Shown here piece after piece: positions 38,401 to 51,200 of a stretch of 64,000 bases of DNA. The notes under the pieces were generated by a model, which saw only the letters and a list, made by a program, of their open reading frames with translations, was not told the origin of the DNA and did no database searches. A program made the translations under genes and the position numbers. This DNA is from the human T2T-CHM13v2.0 reference genome, Homo sapiens, in the NCBI RefSeq assembly GCF_009914755.1, contig NC_060940.1; one strand, given 5' to 3'. Each line of letters starts with the position of its first letter. Position 1 is the stretch's first letter.

Positions 38401-41400
38401 GTCTGCCAGTGGATATTCGGACCTCTTTGAGTCCTTCTTTGGAAACGGGATTTCTTCATATTATGCTAGACAGAAGATTTCTCAGTAACTACTTTGTGTT
38501 GTGTGTATGCAACTCACAGAGTTCAACCATCCTTTAGACAGAGCTGATTTGAAACACTCTTTTTGTGGAATTTGCAAGTGAAGATTTCAAGCGCTTCGAT
38601 GCCAATGGTAGAAAAGGAAATATCTGAGTATAAAAACAAGACAAAATCATTCCCAGAAACTGCGTAGTGATGTGTGTGTTTAACTCACGGAGTTTAACCT
38701 TTCTTTTCATACAGCATTCTGGAAACACTCTGTTTGTAAAGTCTACAAGTGGATATTTGGAGCTCTTAGATGCCTTCATTGGAAACGGAATTTCTTAATA
38801 TAATTCTAGAGGGAAGAATTCGTAGTAACTTCTTTGTGTTATGTGTATTCAACTGACACAGTTGAACCTTCCTTTAGACAGAGCAGATTCGAAACACTCT
38901 TTTTCTGGAATTTCCAAGTGGAGACTTCAAGCGCTTTCAGGCCAAAGGCAGAAAAGGCATTATCTTCGTATAAAAACCAGACATAATCATTCTCAGAAAC
39001 TGCTCTGTGATGTGTGCGTTCAACTCACAGAGTTTAACTTTTCTTTTCATTCAGCAGTTTGGAAACGCTCTGTTTGTATAGTCTGCAAGTGGATATATTG
39101 ACCTCTTTGAGGCCTTCCTTGGAAACGGGTATTTTTCATGTAAGGCTAGACAGAAGAATTCCCAGTAACTTCTTTGTGTTGTGTGCATTCAACTCACAGA
39201 GTTTAACGTTCCTTTAGACAGAGCAGTTTTGAAACACTCCTTTTGTGCAATTTGCAAGTGCAGATTTCAAGTGCTTAAAGGTCAATGGCAGAAAAGGAAA
39301 TAACTTCGTTTCAAAACTAGACAGTATCATTCCCACAAACTGCGTTGTGACGTGTGACTTCAACTCACAGAGTTTAACCTTTCTTTTCATAGAGCCGTTT
39401 GTAAGCGCTCTGTTTGTCAAGTCTGCAAGTGGATATTCTGACCTCTTTGAGGACTTCGTTGGAAACAGGATTTCGTCCTGTAATACTAGACAGAAGAATT
39501 CTCAGTAACTTCCTTGTGTTGTGTGTATTCAACTCACAGAGTTGAACCATCTTTTACACAGAGAAGATCTGAAACACTCTTTTTGTGGAATTTGCAAGTG
39601 GAGATTTCAGCCACCTTGAAGTCAATGGTAGAAAAGGAAATATCTTCGTATAAAAACTAGACAGAATGACTCTCAGAAACTCCTTTGTGATGTGTGCATT
39701 CAACTCACAGAGTTTAACCTTTCTTTTCATACAGCATTCTGGAAACACTCTGTTTCTAAAGTCTGTAAGTGGATATCTGGACCTCTTAGATGCCTTCGCT
39801 GGAAACGGGATTTCTCCATATAATGCTAGAGGGAAGAATTCTTAGTAAACTCTTTGTGTTGTGTGTATTCAACTGACAGAGTTGAACCTTCCTTTAGACA
39901 GAGCAGATTTGAAACACTCTTTTTGTGGAATTTGCAAGTGGAGATTTCAAGCGCTTTGAGGCCAAAGGCAGAAAAGGAAATATTTTCCTATAAAAACTAG
40001 ACAGAATCATTCTCAAAACTGCTCTGTGACGTGTGCGATCAACTCACAGAGTTTAACGTTTCATTCAGCAGTTTGGAAACACTCTGTTTGTAAAGTCTGC
40101 AAGTGGATATTATGACCTCTTTGAGGCCTTCCTTGGAAACGGGTTTTTTTCATGTAAGGCTATACAGAAGAAATCTCAGTAACTTCCTTGTGTTGTGGGT
40201 ATTCAACAGACAGAGATGAACCTTCCTTTAGACAGAGCAGATTCGAGACACTCTTATTCTGCAATTTGTAAGTGGAGACTTCAAGCGCTTTGAGGCCAAA
40301 GGCAGAAAAGGAAATATCTTCGTATAAAAACCAGACAGAATCATTCTCAAAACTGCTCTGTGATGTGTGCGTTCAACTCACAGAGTTTAACTTTTCATTC
40401 AGCAGTTTGGAAACACTCTGTTTGTAAAGTCTGCAAGTGGATATTTTGACCTCTTTGAGGCCATCGTTGGAAACGGGATTTTTCATGTAAGGCTAGACAG
40501 AAGAAATCTCAGTTACTTCCTTGTGTTGTGGGTATTCAACTGACAGAGTTGAACATTCCTTTAGACAGAGCAGATTCGAAACACTCTTTTTGTGCAATTT
40601 GCAAGTGGAGACTTCAAGCGCTTTGAGGCCAAATGCAGAAAAGGAAATATCTTCGTATAAAAACCAGACAGAATCATTCTCAGAAACTGCTCTGTGATGT
40701 GTGCGTTCAACTCACAGAGTTTAACTTTTCTTTTCATTCAGCAGTTTTGAAACACTCTGTAAAGTCTGCAAGTGGATATATTGGCCTCTTAGAGGCCTTC
40801 GTTCGAAACGGGTTTTTTTCATGTAAGGTTAGACAGAGGAATTCCCAGTAACTTCCTTGTGTTGTGTGGATTCAACACACAGATTTGAATGATTCTTTAC
40901 ACAGAGCAGATTTGAGACACTCTTTTGGTGGAATTTGTAAGTGGAGAATTCAGCCGCTTTGAGGTCAATGGTAGAAAAGGAAATATCTTCGTATAAAAAC
41001 TAGACAGAATGATTCTCAGAAACTGCTCTGTGATGTGTGCGTTCAACTCACAGAGTTTAACCTTTCTTTTCCAAGAGCAGTTAGGAAACACTCTGTTTTT
41101 GAAGTCTGCAAGTGGATATTCAGACCTCTTTGCGGCCTTCTTTAGAAACGGGATTTCTTCATATTATGCTAGACAGAAGAATTCTCAGTAACTTCCTTGT
41201 GTTGTGTGTATTCAACTCACAGAGGTGAACGACCCTTTACACAAAGCAGATTTGAAACCCTCTTTTTCTGGAATTTGCAAGTGGGGATTTCAGCCTCTTT
41301 GAGGTCAATGGTAGAAAAGGAAATATCTTCGTATAAAAACTAGACAGAATGATTCTCAGAAACTCCTTTGTGATGTGTGCGTTCAACTCACTGAGTTCAA

Positions 41401-42200
41401 CCATTCTTTTCATACAGCATTCTGGAAACACTCTGTTTGTAAAGTCTGCAAGTGGATATCTGGACCTCTTAGATGCCTTCGTTGGAAACGGGATTTCTCC
41501 ATATAATGCTAGAGGGAAGAATTCTTAGTAACTTCTTTGTGTTGTGTGTATTCAACTGACAGAGTTGAACCTTCCTTTAGACAGAGCAGATTTGAAACAC
41601 TCTTTTTGTGGAATTTGCAAGTGGAGATTTCAAGCGCTTTGAGGCCAAAGGCAGAAAAGGAAATATTTTCCTATAAAAACTAGACAGAATCATTCTCAAA
41701 ACTGCTCTGTGATGTGTGCGTTCAACTCACAGAGTTTAACTTTTCATTCAGCAGTTTGGAAACACTCTGTTTGTAAAGTCTCCAAGTGGATATTTTGACC
41801 TCTTTGAGGCCTTCGTTGGAAACGGGTTTTTTCCATGTAAGGCTAGACAGAAGAAATCTCAGTAACTTCCTTGTGTTGTGGGTATTCAACTGACAGAGTT
41901 GAACCTTCCTTTAGACAGAGCAGATTCGAAACACTCTTTTTGTGCAATTTGCAAGTGGAGACATCAAGCGCCTTGAGGTCAAAGGCAGAAAAGGAAATAT
42001 CTTCGTATAAAAACCAGACAGAATCATTCTCAGAAACTGCTCTGTGATGTGTGCGTTCAACTCACAGAGTTTAACTTTTCATTTCATTCAGCAGTTTGGA
42101 AACACCCTGTTTGTATGGTCTGCAAGTGGATATATTGCCCTCTTAGAGGACTTCGTTGGAAACGGGTTTTTTTTCATGTAAGGTTAGACAGAGGAATTCC
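35415..42200 (+). repeat. Imperfect ~2.4-2.7 kb direct duplication (35.4-37.8 kb vs 39.5-42.2 kb)
   Basis: Shared private alleles (GAGAAGATCTG, TGACTCTC, CTTCGCTGG, CCATCGTTGG, CTTCTTTAGAAAC, ACACAAAG). The offset is 4066 (35488/39554), then ~4396-4400 (36501/40897), because the second copy has one extra 334-bp dimer. Confidence 0.88.
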
Positions 42201-45200
42201 CAGTAAATTCCTTGTGTTGTGTGCATTCAACTCACAGAGTTGAATGATTCTTTACACAGAGCAGATTTGAGACACTCTTTTCGTGGAATTTGTAAGTGGA
42301 GAATTCAGCTGCTTTGAAGTCAACAGTAGAAAAGGAAATATCTTCGTATAAAAACTAGACAGAATGATTCTCAGAAACTGTTTTGTGATGTGTGCTTTCA
42401 ACTCACAGAGTTTAACCTTTCTTTTCATAGAGCAGTTACGAAACACTCTGTTTGTGAAATCTGCCAGTGGATATTCGGACCTCTTTGAGGCCTTCGTTGG
42501 AAACGGGATTTCTTCATATTATGCTAGACAGAAGATTTCTCAGTAACTTCTTTGTGTTGTGTGTATGAAACTCACAGAGTTCAACCTTCCTTTAGACAGA
42601 GCAGATTTGAAACACTCTTTTTGTGGAATTTGCAAGTGGAGATTTCAAGCGCTTCGATGCCATTAGTAGAAAAGGAAATATCTTCGTATAAAAACAAGAC
42701 AAACTCGTTCCCAGACACTGCGTAGTGATGTGTGTGTTTAACTCACAGACTTTAACCTTTCTTTTCACACAGCATTCTGGAAACCCTCTGTTTGTAAAGT
42801 CTGCAAGTGGATATTTGGACCTCTTAGATGCCTTCGTTGGAAACGGGATTTTTTCATATAATGCTAGAGAGAAGAATTCTTAGTAACTTCTTTGTGTTGT
42901 GTGTATTCAACTGACAGATTTGAACTTCCTTTAGACAGAGCAGATTTGAAACTCTCTTTTTGTGGAATTTGCAAGTGGAGAATTCAAGCGCTTTGAGGCC
43001 AAAAGCAGAAAAGGAAATATTTTCCTATAAAAACTAGACAGAATCATTCTCAGAAACTGCTCTGTGAAGTGTGCGTTTATCTCACAGAGTTTAACTTTTC
43101 TTTTCATTCAGCAGTTTCGAAACACTCTGTTTGTAAAGTCTGCACGTGGATATTCTGACCTCTTTGAGGCCTTCATTGGAAATGGGTTTTTTTCATGTAA
43201 GGCTAGACAGAAGAAATCTCAGTAACTTCCTTGTGTTGTGTGTATTCAACTGCCAGGGTTGAACCTTCCTTTAGACAGAGCAGATTCGAAACACTCTTTT
43301 TCTGCAATTTGCAAGTGGAGACTTCAAGAGCCTTTGAGGCCAAAGGCAGAAAAGGAAATATCTTCGTATAAAATCCAGACAGAATCATTCTCAGAAACTG
43401 CTCTGTGATGTGTGCGTTCAACTCACAGAGTTTAACTTTTCTTTTCATTCAGCAGTTTGGAAACACTCTGCTTGTAAAGTCTGCAAGTGGATATATTGAC
43501 CTCTTTGAGTCCTTCATTGGATACGGGCTTTTTCCATGTAAGGCTAGACTGAAGAATTCCCAGTAACTTCTTTGTGTTGTGTGCATTCAACTCACAGAGT
43601 TGAACGTTCCTTTAGAAAGAGCAGATTTGAAACACTCTTTTTGTGCAATTTGCAAGTGGAGATTTCAAGCGCTTTAGGGTCAATGGCAGAAAAGGAAATA
43701 TCTTCGTTTCAAAACTAGACAGAATCATTCACACAAACTGCGTTGTGATGTGTGCGTTAAACTCACAGAGTTTAACCTTTCTTTTCATAGAGCCGTCTGT
43801 AAGCGCTCTGTTTGTCAAGTCTGCAAGTGGATATTCTGACCTTTTTGTGGACTTCGTTGGAAACGGGATTTCTTCCTATAATACTAGACAGAAGAATTCT
43901 CAGTAACTTCCTTGTGTTGTGTGTATTCAACTCACAGAGTTGAACGATCCTTTACACAGAGCAGATTTGAGACACTCATTTTGTGGAATTTGTAAGTGGA
44001 GATTTCAGTCGCTTTGAGCTCAATGGTAGAAAAGGAAATATCTTCGTATAAAAACTACCCAAAGTGGTTCTCAGAAACTGCTTTGTGATGTGCCCGTTCA
44101 ACTCACAGAGTTTAGCCTTTCTTTTCATAGAGCAGTTAAGAAACCCTCTGTTTGTAAAGTCTGCAAGTGGATATTCAGACCTCTTTGAGGCCTTTGTTGG
44201 AAACGGGATTTCTTCAATTTATGCTAGACAGAAGAATTCTCAGTAACTTCCTTGTGTTGTGTGTATTCAACTCATAGAGTAGAACCATCCTTTACACAGA
44301 GCAGATCTGAAACACTCTTTTTGTGGAATTTGCAAATGGAGATTTCAGCCAACTTGAGGTCAATGGTAGAAAAGGAAATATCTTCGTATAAAAACTAGAC
44401 GGAATGATTATCAGAAACTGTTTTGTGATGTGTGCGTTCAACTCACAGAGTTTAACCTTTCTTTTCATAGAGCAGTTACGAAACACTCTGTTTGTGAAGC
44501 CTGCCAGTGGATATTCGGACCTCTTTGAGACCTTCGTTGGAAACGTTATTTCTTCATATTATGCTAGACAGAAGATTTCTCAGTAACTTCTTTGTGTTGT
44601 GTGTATGCAACTCACAGAGTTCAACCTTCCTTTAGAGAGAGCAGATTTGAAACACTCTTTTTGTGGAATTTGCAAGTGGAGATTTCAAGCGCTTCGATGC
44701 CAATGGTAGAAAAGGAAATATCTTCGTATAAAAACAAGACAAACTCGTTCCCAGACACTGCGTAGTGATGTGTGTGTTTAACTCACAGAGTTTAACCTTT
44801 CTTTTCATACAGCATTCTGGAAACCCTCTGTTTGTAAAGTCTGCAAGTGGATATTTGGACCTCTTAGATGCCTTCGTTGGAAACGGGATTTCTTCATATA
44901 ATGCTAGAGGGAAGAATTCTTAGTAACTTCTTTGTGTTGTGTGTTTTCAACTGACGGAGTTGAAACTTCCTTTAGAAAGAGTAGATTTGAAACTCTCTTT
45001 TTGTGGAATTTGCAAGTGGAGATTTCAAGCGCTTTGAGGCCAAAAGCAGAAAAGGAAATATTTTCCTATAAAAACTAGACAGAATCATTCTCAGAAACTG
45101 CTCTGTGATGTGTTCGTTCAATTCACAGAGTTTAACATTTCTTTTCATTCAGCAGTTTGGAAACACTCTGTTTGTAAAGTCTGTACGTGGATATTTTGAC

Positions 45201-48200
45201 CTCTTAGAGGCCTTCGTAGGAAACGGGTTTTTTTCATGTATTGCTAGACAAAAGAAATCTCAGTAAATTCCTGGTCTTGTGTGTATTCAACTGACAGAGT
45301 TGAACCTTCATTTAGACAGAGCAGATTCGAAACACTCTTTTTCTGCAATTTGCAAGTGGAGACTTCAAGCGCTTTGAGGCCAAAGGCAGAAAAGGAAATA
45401 TCTTCGTATAAAAAACAGACAGAATCATTCTCAGAAACTGCTCTGTGATGTGTGCGTTCAACTCACAGAGTTTAACTTTTCTTTTCATTCAGCAGTTTGG
45501 AAACACTCTGTTTGTAAAGTCTGCAAGTGGATATATTGGCCTCTTTGAGGCCTTCGTTGGAAACGGTTTTTTTCTCATGTAAGGTTAGACAGAGGAATTC
45601 CCAGTAACTTCTTTGTGTTGTGTGCATTCAACTCACAGAGTTGAATGATTCTTTACACAGAGCAGATTTGAGACACTCTTTTGGTGGAATTTGTAAGTGG
45701 AGAAATCAGCAGCTTTGAGGTCAATGGTAGAAAAGGAAATATCTTCGTATAAAAACTAGACAGAATGATTCTCAGAAACTCCTTTGTGATGTGTGCGTTC
45801 AACTCACAGAGTTTAACCTTTCTTTTCATAGAGCAGTTAGGAAACACTCTGTTTGGGAACTCTGCCAGTGGATATTCGGACCTCTTTAAAGCCTTCGTTG
45901 GAAAAGGGATTTCTTCATATTATGCTAGACAGAAGATTTCTGAGTAACTACTTTTTGTCGTGTGTATGCAACTCACAGAGTTCAACCTTCCTTTAGACAG
46001 AGCAGATTTGAAACAGTCTTTTTGTGGAATTTGCTTGTGGAGATTTAAGGCCCTTCGATGCCAATGGTAGAAAAGGATATATCTTCGTATAAAAACAAGA
46101 CAAAATCATTCCCAGAATCTGCGTAGTGATGTGTGTGTTTAACTCACAGAGTTTAACCTTTCTTTTCATACAGCATTCTGGGAACACTCTGTTTGTAAAG
46201 TCTGCAAGTGGATATTTGGACCGCTTAGATGCCTTCGTTGGAAAAGGGATTTCTTCATATAATGCTAGAGGGAAGAAATCTCAGTAACTTCTTGTGTTGT
46301 GTGTATTCAACTGACAGAGTTGAACCTTCCTTTAGACAGAGCAGATTCGAAACACTCTTTTTCTGCAATTTGCAAGTGGAGACTTCAAGAGCCTTTGAGG
46401 CCAACGGCAGAAAAGGAAATATCTTCCTATAAAAACCAGACAGAATCATTCTCAGAAACTGCTCTGTGATGTGTGCGTTCAACTCACAGAGTTTAACTTT
46501 TCTTTTCATTCAGCAGTTTGTAAACACTCTGTGTGTAAAGTCTGCAAGTGCATATATTGACCTCTTTGAGTCCTTCATTGGATACGGGCTTTTTCCATGT
46601 AAGGCTAGACAGAAGAATTCCCAGTAACTTCTTTGTGTTGGGTGCATTCAACTCACAGAGTTGAACGTTCCTTTAGACAGAGCAGATTTGAAACACTCTT
46701 TTTGTGCAATTTGCAAGTGGAGATTTCAAGAGCTTTAAGGTCAATGGCAGAAAAGGAAATATCTTCGTTTCAAAACTAGACAGAATCATTCACACAAACT
46801 GCGTTGTGATGTGTGCGTTCAACTGACAGAGTTTAACCTTTCTTTTCATAGAGCCGTCTGTAAGCGCTCTGTTTGTCAAGTCTGCAAGTGGATATTCTGA
46901 CCTCTTTGTGGACTTCGTTGGAAACGGGATTTCTTTCTATAATACTAGACAGAAGAATTCTCAGTAACTTCCGTGTGTTGTGTGTATTCAACTCACAGAG
47001 TTGAACGATCCTTTACACAGAGCAGATTTGAGACACTCTTTTTGTGGAATTTGTAAGTGGAGATTTCAGTCGCTTTGAGCTCAATGGTAGAAAAGGAAAT
47101 ATCTTCGTATAAAAACTACCCAAAATGATTCTCAGAAACTGCTTTGTGATGTGCCCGTCCAACTCACAGAGTTTAACCTTTCTTTTCATAGAGCAGTTAA
47201 GAAACCCTCTGTTTGTAAAGTCTGCAAGTGGATATTCAGACCTCTTTGAGGCCTTTGTTCGAAACGGGATTTCTTCAATTTATGCTAGACAGAAGAATTC
47301 TTAGTAACTTCCTTGTGTTGTGTGTATTGAACTCACAGAGTAGAACCATCCTTTACACAGAGCAGATCTGAAACACTCTTTTTGTGGAATTTGCAAGTGG
47401 AGATTTCAGCCACCTTGAGGTCAATGGTAGAAAAGGAAATATCTTCGTATAAAAACTAGACGGAATGATTCTCAGAAACTGTTTTGTGATGTGTGCGTTC
47501 AACTCACAGAGTTTAACCTTTCTTTTCATAGAGCAGTTAGGAAACACTCTGTTTGTGAAGCCTGCCAGTGGATATTCGGACCTCTTTGAGGCCTTCGTTG
47601 GAAACGGGATTTCTTCATATTATGCTAGACAGAAGATTTCTCAGTTACTTCTTTGTGTTGTGTGTATGCAACTCACAGAGTTCAACCTTCCTTTAGACAG
47701 AGCAGATTTGAAACACTCTTTTTGTGGAATTTGCAAGTGGAGATTTCAAGCGCTTCGATGCCATTAGTAGAAAAGGAAATAGCTTCGTACAAAAACAAGA
47801 CAAACTCGTTCCCAGACACTGCGTAGTGATGTGTGTGTTTAACTCACAGAGTTTAACCTTTCTTTTCATACAGCATTCTGGAAACCCTCTGTTTGTAAAG
47901 TCTGCAAGTGGATATTTGGACCTCTTAGATGCCTTCGTTGGAAACGGCATTTCTTCATATAATGCTAGAGGGAAGAATTCTTAGTAACTTCTTTGTGTTG
48001 TGTGTATTCAACTGACAGAGTTGAACTTCCTTTAGACAGAGCAGATTTGAAAGTCTCTTTTTGTGGAATTTGCAAGTGGAGATTTCAAGCGCTTTGAGGC
48101 CAAAAGCAGAAAAGGAAATATTTTCCTATAAAAATTAGACAGAATCATTCTCAGAAACTGCTCTGTGAAGTGTGCGTTTAACTCACAGAGTTTAACTTTT

Positions 48201-51200
48201 CTTTTCATTCAGCAGTTTGGAAACACTCTGTTTGTAAAGTCTGCACGTGGATATTTTGACCTCTTTGAGGCCTTCATTGGAAATGGGTTTTTTTCCTGTA
48301 AGGCTAGACAGAAGAAATCTCAGTAACTTCCTTGTGTTGTGTGTATTCAACTGACAGAGTTAAACATTCCTTTAGACAGAGCAGATTCGAAACACTCTTT
48401 TTCTGCAATTTGCAAGTGGAGACTTCAAGAGCCTTTGAGGACAAAGGCAGAAAAGGAAATATCTTCGTATAAAATCCAGACAGAATCATTCTCAGAAACT
48501 GCTCTGTGATGTGTGCGTTCAACTCACAGAGTTTAACTTTTCTTTTCATTCAGCAGTTTGGAAACACTCTGCTTGTAAAGTCTGCAAGTGGATATATTGA
48601 CCTCTTTGAGTCCTTCATTGGATACGGGCTTTTTCCATGTAAGGCTAGACTGAAGAATTCCCAGTAACTTCTTTGTGTTGTGTGCATTCAACTCACAGAG
48701 TTGAACGTTCCTTTAGAAAGAGCAGATTTGAAACACTCTTTTTGTGCAATTTGCAAGTGGAGATTTCAAGCGCTTTAGGGTCAATGGCAGAAAAGGAAAT
48801 ATCTTCGTTTCAAAACTAGACAGAATCATTCACACAAACTGCGTTGTGATGTGTGCGTTAAACTCACAGAGTTTAACCTTTCTTTTCATAGAGCCGTCTG
48901 TAAGCGCTCTGTTTGTCAAGTCTGCAAGTGGATATTCTGACCTTTTTGTGGACTTCGTTGGAAACGGGATTTCTTCCTATAATACTAGACAGAAGAATTC
49001 TCAGTAACTTCCTTGTGTTGTGTGTATTCAACTCACAGAGTTGAACGATCCTTTACACAGAGCAGATTTGAGACACTCATTTTGTGGAATTTGTAAGTGG
49101 AGATTTCAGTCGCTTTGAGCTCAATGGTAGAAAAGGAAATATCTTCGTATAAAAACTACCCAAAGTGGTTCTCAGAAACTGCTTTGTGATGTGCCCGTTC
49201 AACTCACAGAGTTTAGCCTTTCTTTTCATAGAGCAGTTAAGAAACCCTCTGTTTGTAAAGTCTGCAAGTGGATATTCAGACCTCTTTGAGGCCTTTGTTG
49301 GAAACGGGATTTCTTCAATTTATGCTAGACAGAAGAATTCTCAGTAACTTCCTTGTGTTGTGTGTATTCAACTCATAGAGTAGAACCATCCTTTACACAG
49401 AGCAGATCTGAAACACTCTTTTTGTGGAATTTGCAAATGGAGATTTCAGCCAACTTGAGGTCAATGGTAGAAAAGGAAATATCTTCGTATAAAAACTAGA
49501 CGGAATGATTATCAGAAACTGTTTTGTGATGTGTGCGTTCAACTCACAGAGTTTAACCTTTCTTTTCATAGAGCAGTTACGAAACACTCTGTTTGTGAAG
49601 CCTGCCAGTGGATATTCGGACCTCTTTGAGACCTTCGTTGGAAACGTTATTTCTTCATATTATGCTAGACAGAAGATTTCTCAGTAACTTCTTTGTGTTG
49701 TGTGTATGCAACTCACAGAGTTCAACCTTCCTTTAGAGAGAGCAGATTTGAAACACTCTTTTTGTGGAATTTGCAAGTGGAGATTTCAAGCGCTTCGATG
49801 CCAATGGTAGAAAAGGAAATATCTTCGTATAAAAACAAGACAAACTCGTTCCCAGACACTGCGTAGTGATGTGTGTGTTTAACTCACAGAGTTTAACCTT
49901 TCTTTTCATACAGCATTCTGGAAACCCTCTGTTTGTAAAGTCTGCAAGTGGATATTTGGACCTCTTAGATGCCTTCGTTGGAAACGGGATTTCTTCATAT
50001 AATGCTAGAGGGAAGAATTCTTAGTAACTTCTTTGTGTTGTGTGTTTTCAACTGACGGAGTTGAAACTTCCTTTAGAAAGAGTAGATTTGAAACTCTCTT
50101 TTTGTGGAATTTGCAAGTGGAGATTTCAAGCGCTTTGAGGCCAAAAGCAGAAAAGGAAATATTTTCCTATAAAAACTAGACAGAATCATTCTCAGAAACT
50201 GCTCTGTGATGTGTTCGTTCAATTCACAGAGTTTAACATTTCTTTTCATTCAGCAGTTTGGAAACACTCTGTTTGTAAAGTCTGTACGTGGATATTTTGA
50301 CCTCTTAGAGGCCTTCGTAGGAAACGGGTTTTTTTCATGTATTGCTAGACAAAAGAAATCTCAGTAAATTCCTGGTCTTGTGTGTATTCAACTGACAGAG
50401 TTGAACCTTCATTTAGACAGAGCAGATTCGAAACACTCTTTTTCTGCAATTTGCAAGTGGAGACTTCAAGCGCTTTGAGGCCAAAGGCAGAAAAGGAAAT
50501 ATCTTCGTATAAAAAACAGACAGAATCATTCTCAGAAACTGCTCTGTGATGTGTGCGTTCAACTCACAGAGTTTAACTTTTCTTTTCATTCAGCAGTTTG
50601 GAAACACTCTGTTTGTAAAGTCTGCAAGTGGATATATTGGCCTCTTTGAGGCCTTCGTTGGAAACGGTTTTTTTCTCATGTAAGGTTAGACAGAGGAATT
50701 CCCAGTAACTTCTTTGTGTTGTGTGCATTCAACTCACAGAGTTGAATGATTCTTTACACAGAGCAGATTTGAGACACTCTTTTGGTGGAATTTGTAAGTG
50801 GAGAAATCAGCAGCTTTGAGGTCAATGGTAGAAAAGGAAATATCTTCGTATAAAAACTAGACAGAATGATTCTCAGAAACTCCTTTGTGATGTGTGCGTT
50901 CAACTCACAGAGTTTAACCTTTCTTTTCATAGAGCAGTTAGGAAACACTCTGTTTGGGAACTCTGCCAGTGGATATTCGGACCTCTTTAAAGCCTTCGTT
51001 GGAAAAGGGATTTCTTCATATTATGCTAGACAGAAGATTTCTGAGTAACTACTTTTTGTCGTGTGTATGCAACTCACAGAGTTCAACCTTCCTTTAGACA
51101 GAGCAGATTTGAAACAGTCTTTTTGTGGAATTTGCTTGTGGAGATTTAAGGCCCTTCGATGCCAATGGTAGAAAAGGATATATCTTCGTATAAAAACAAG

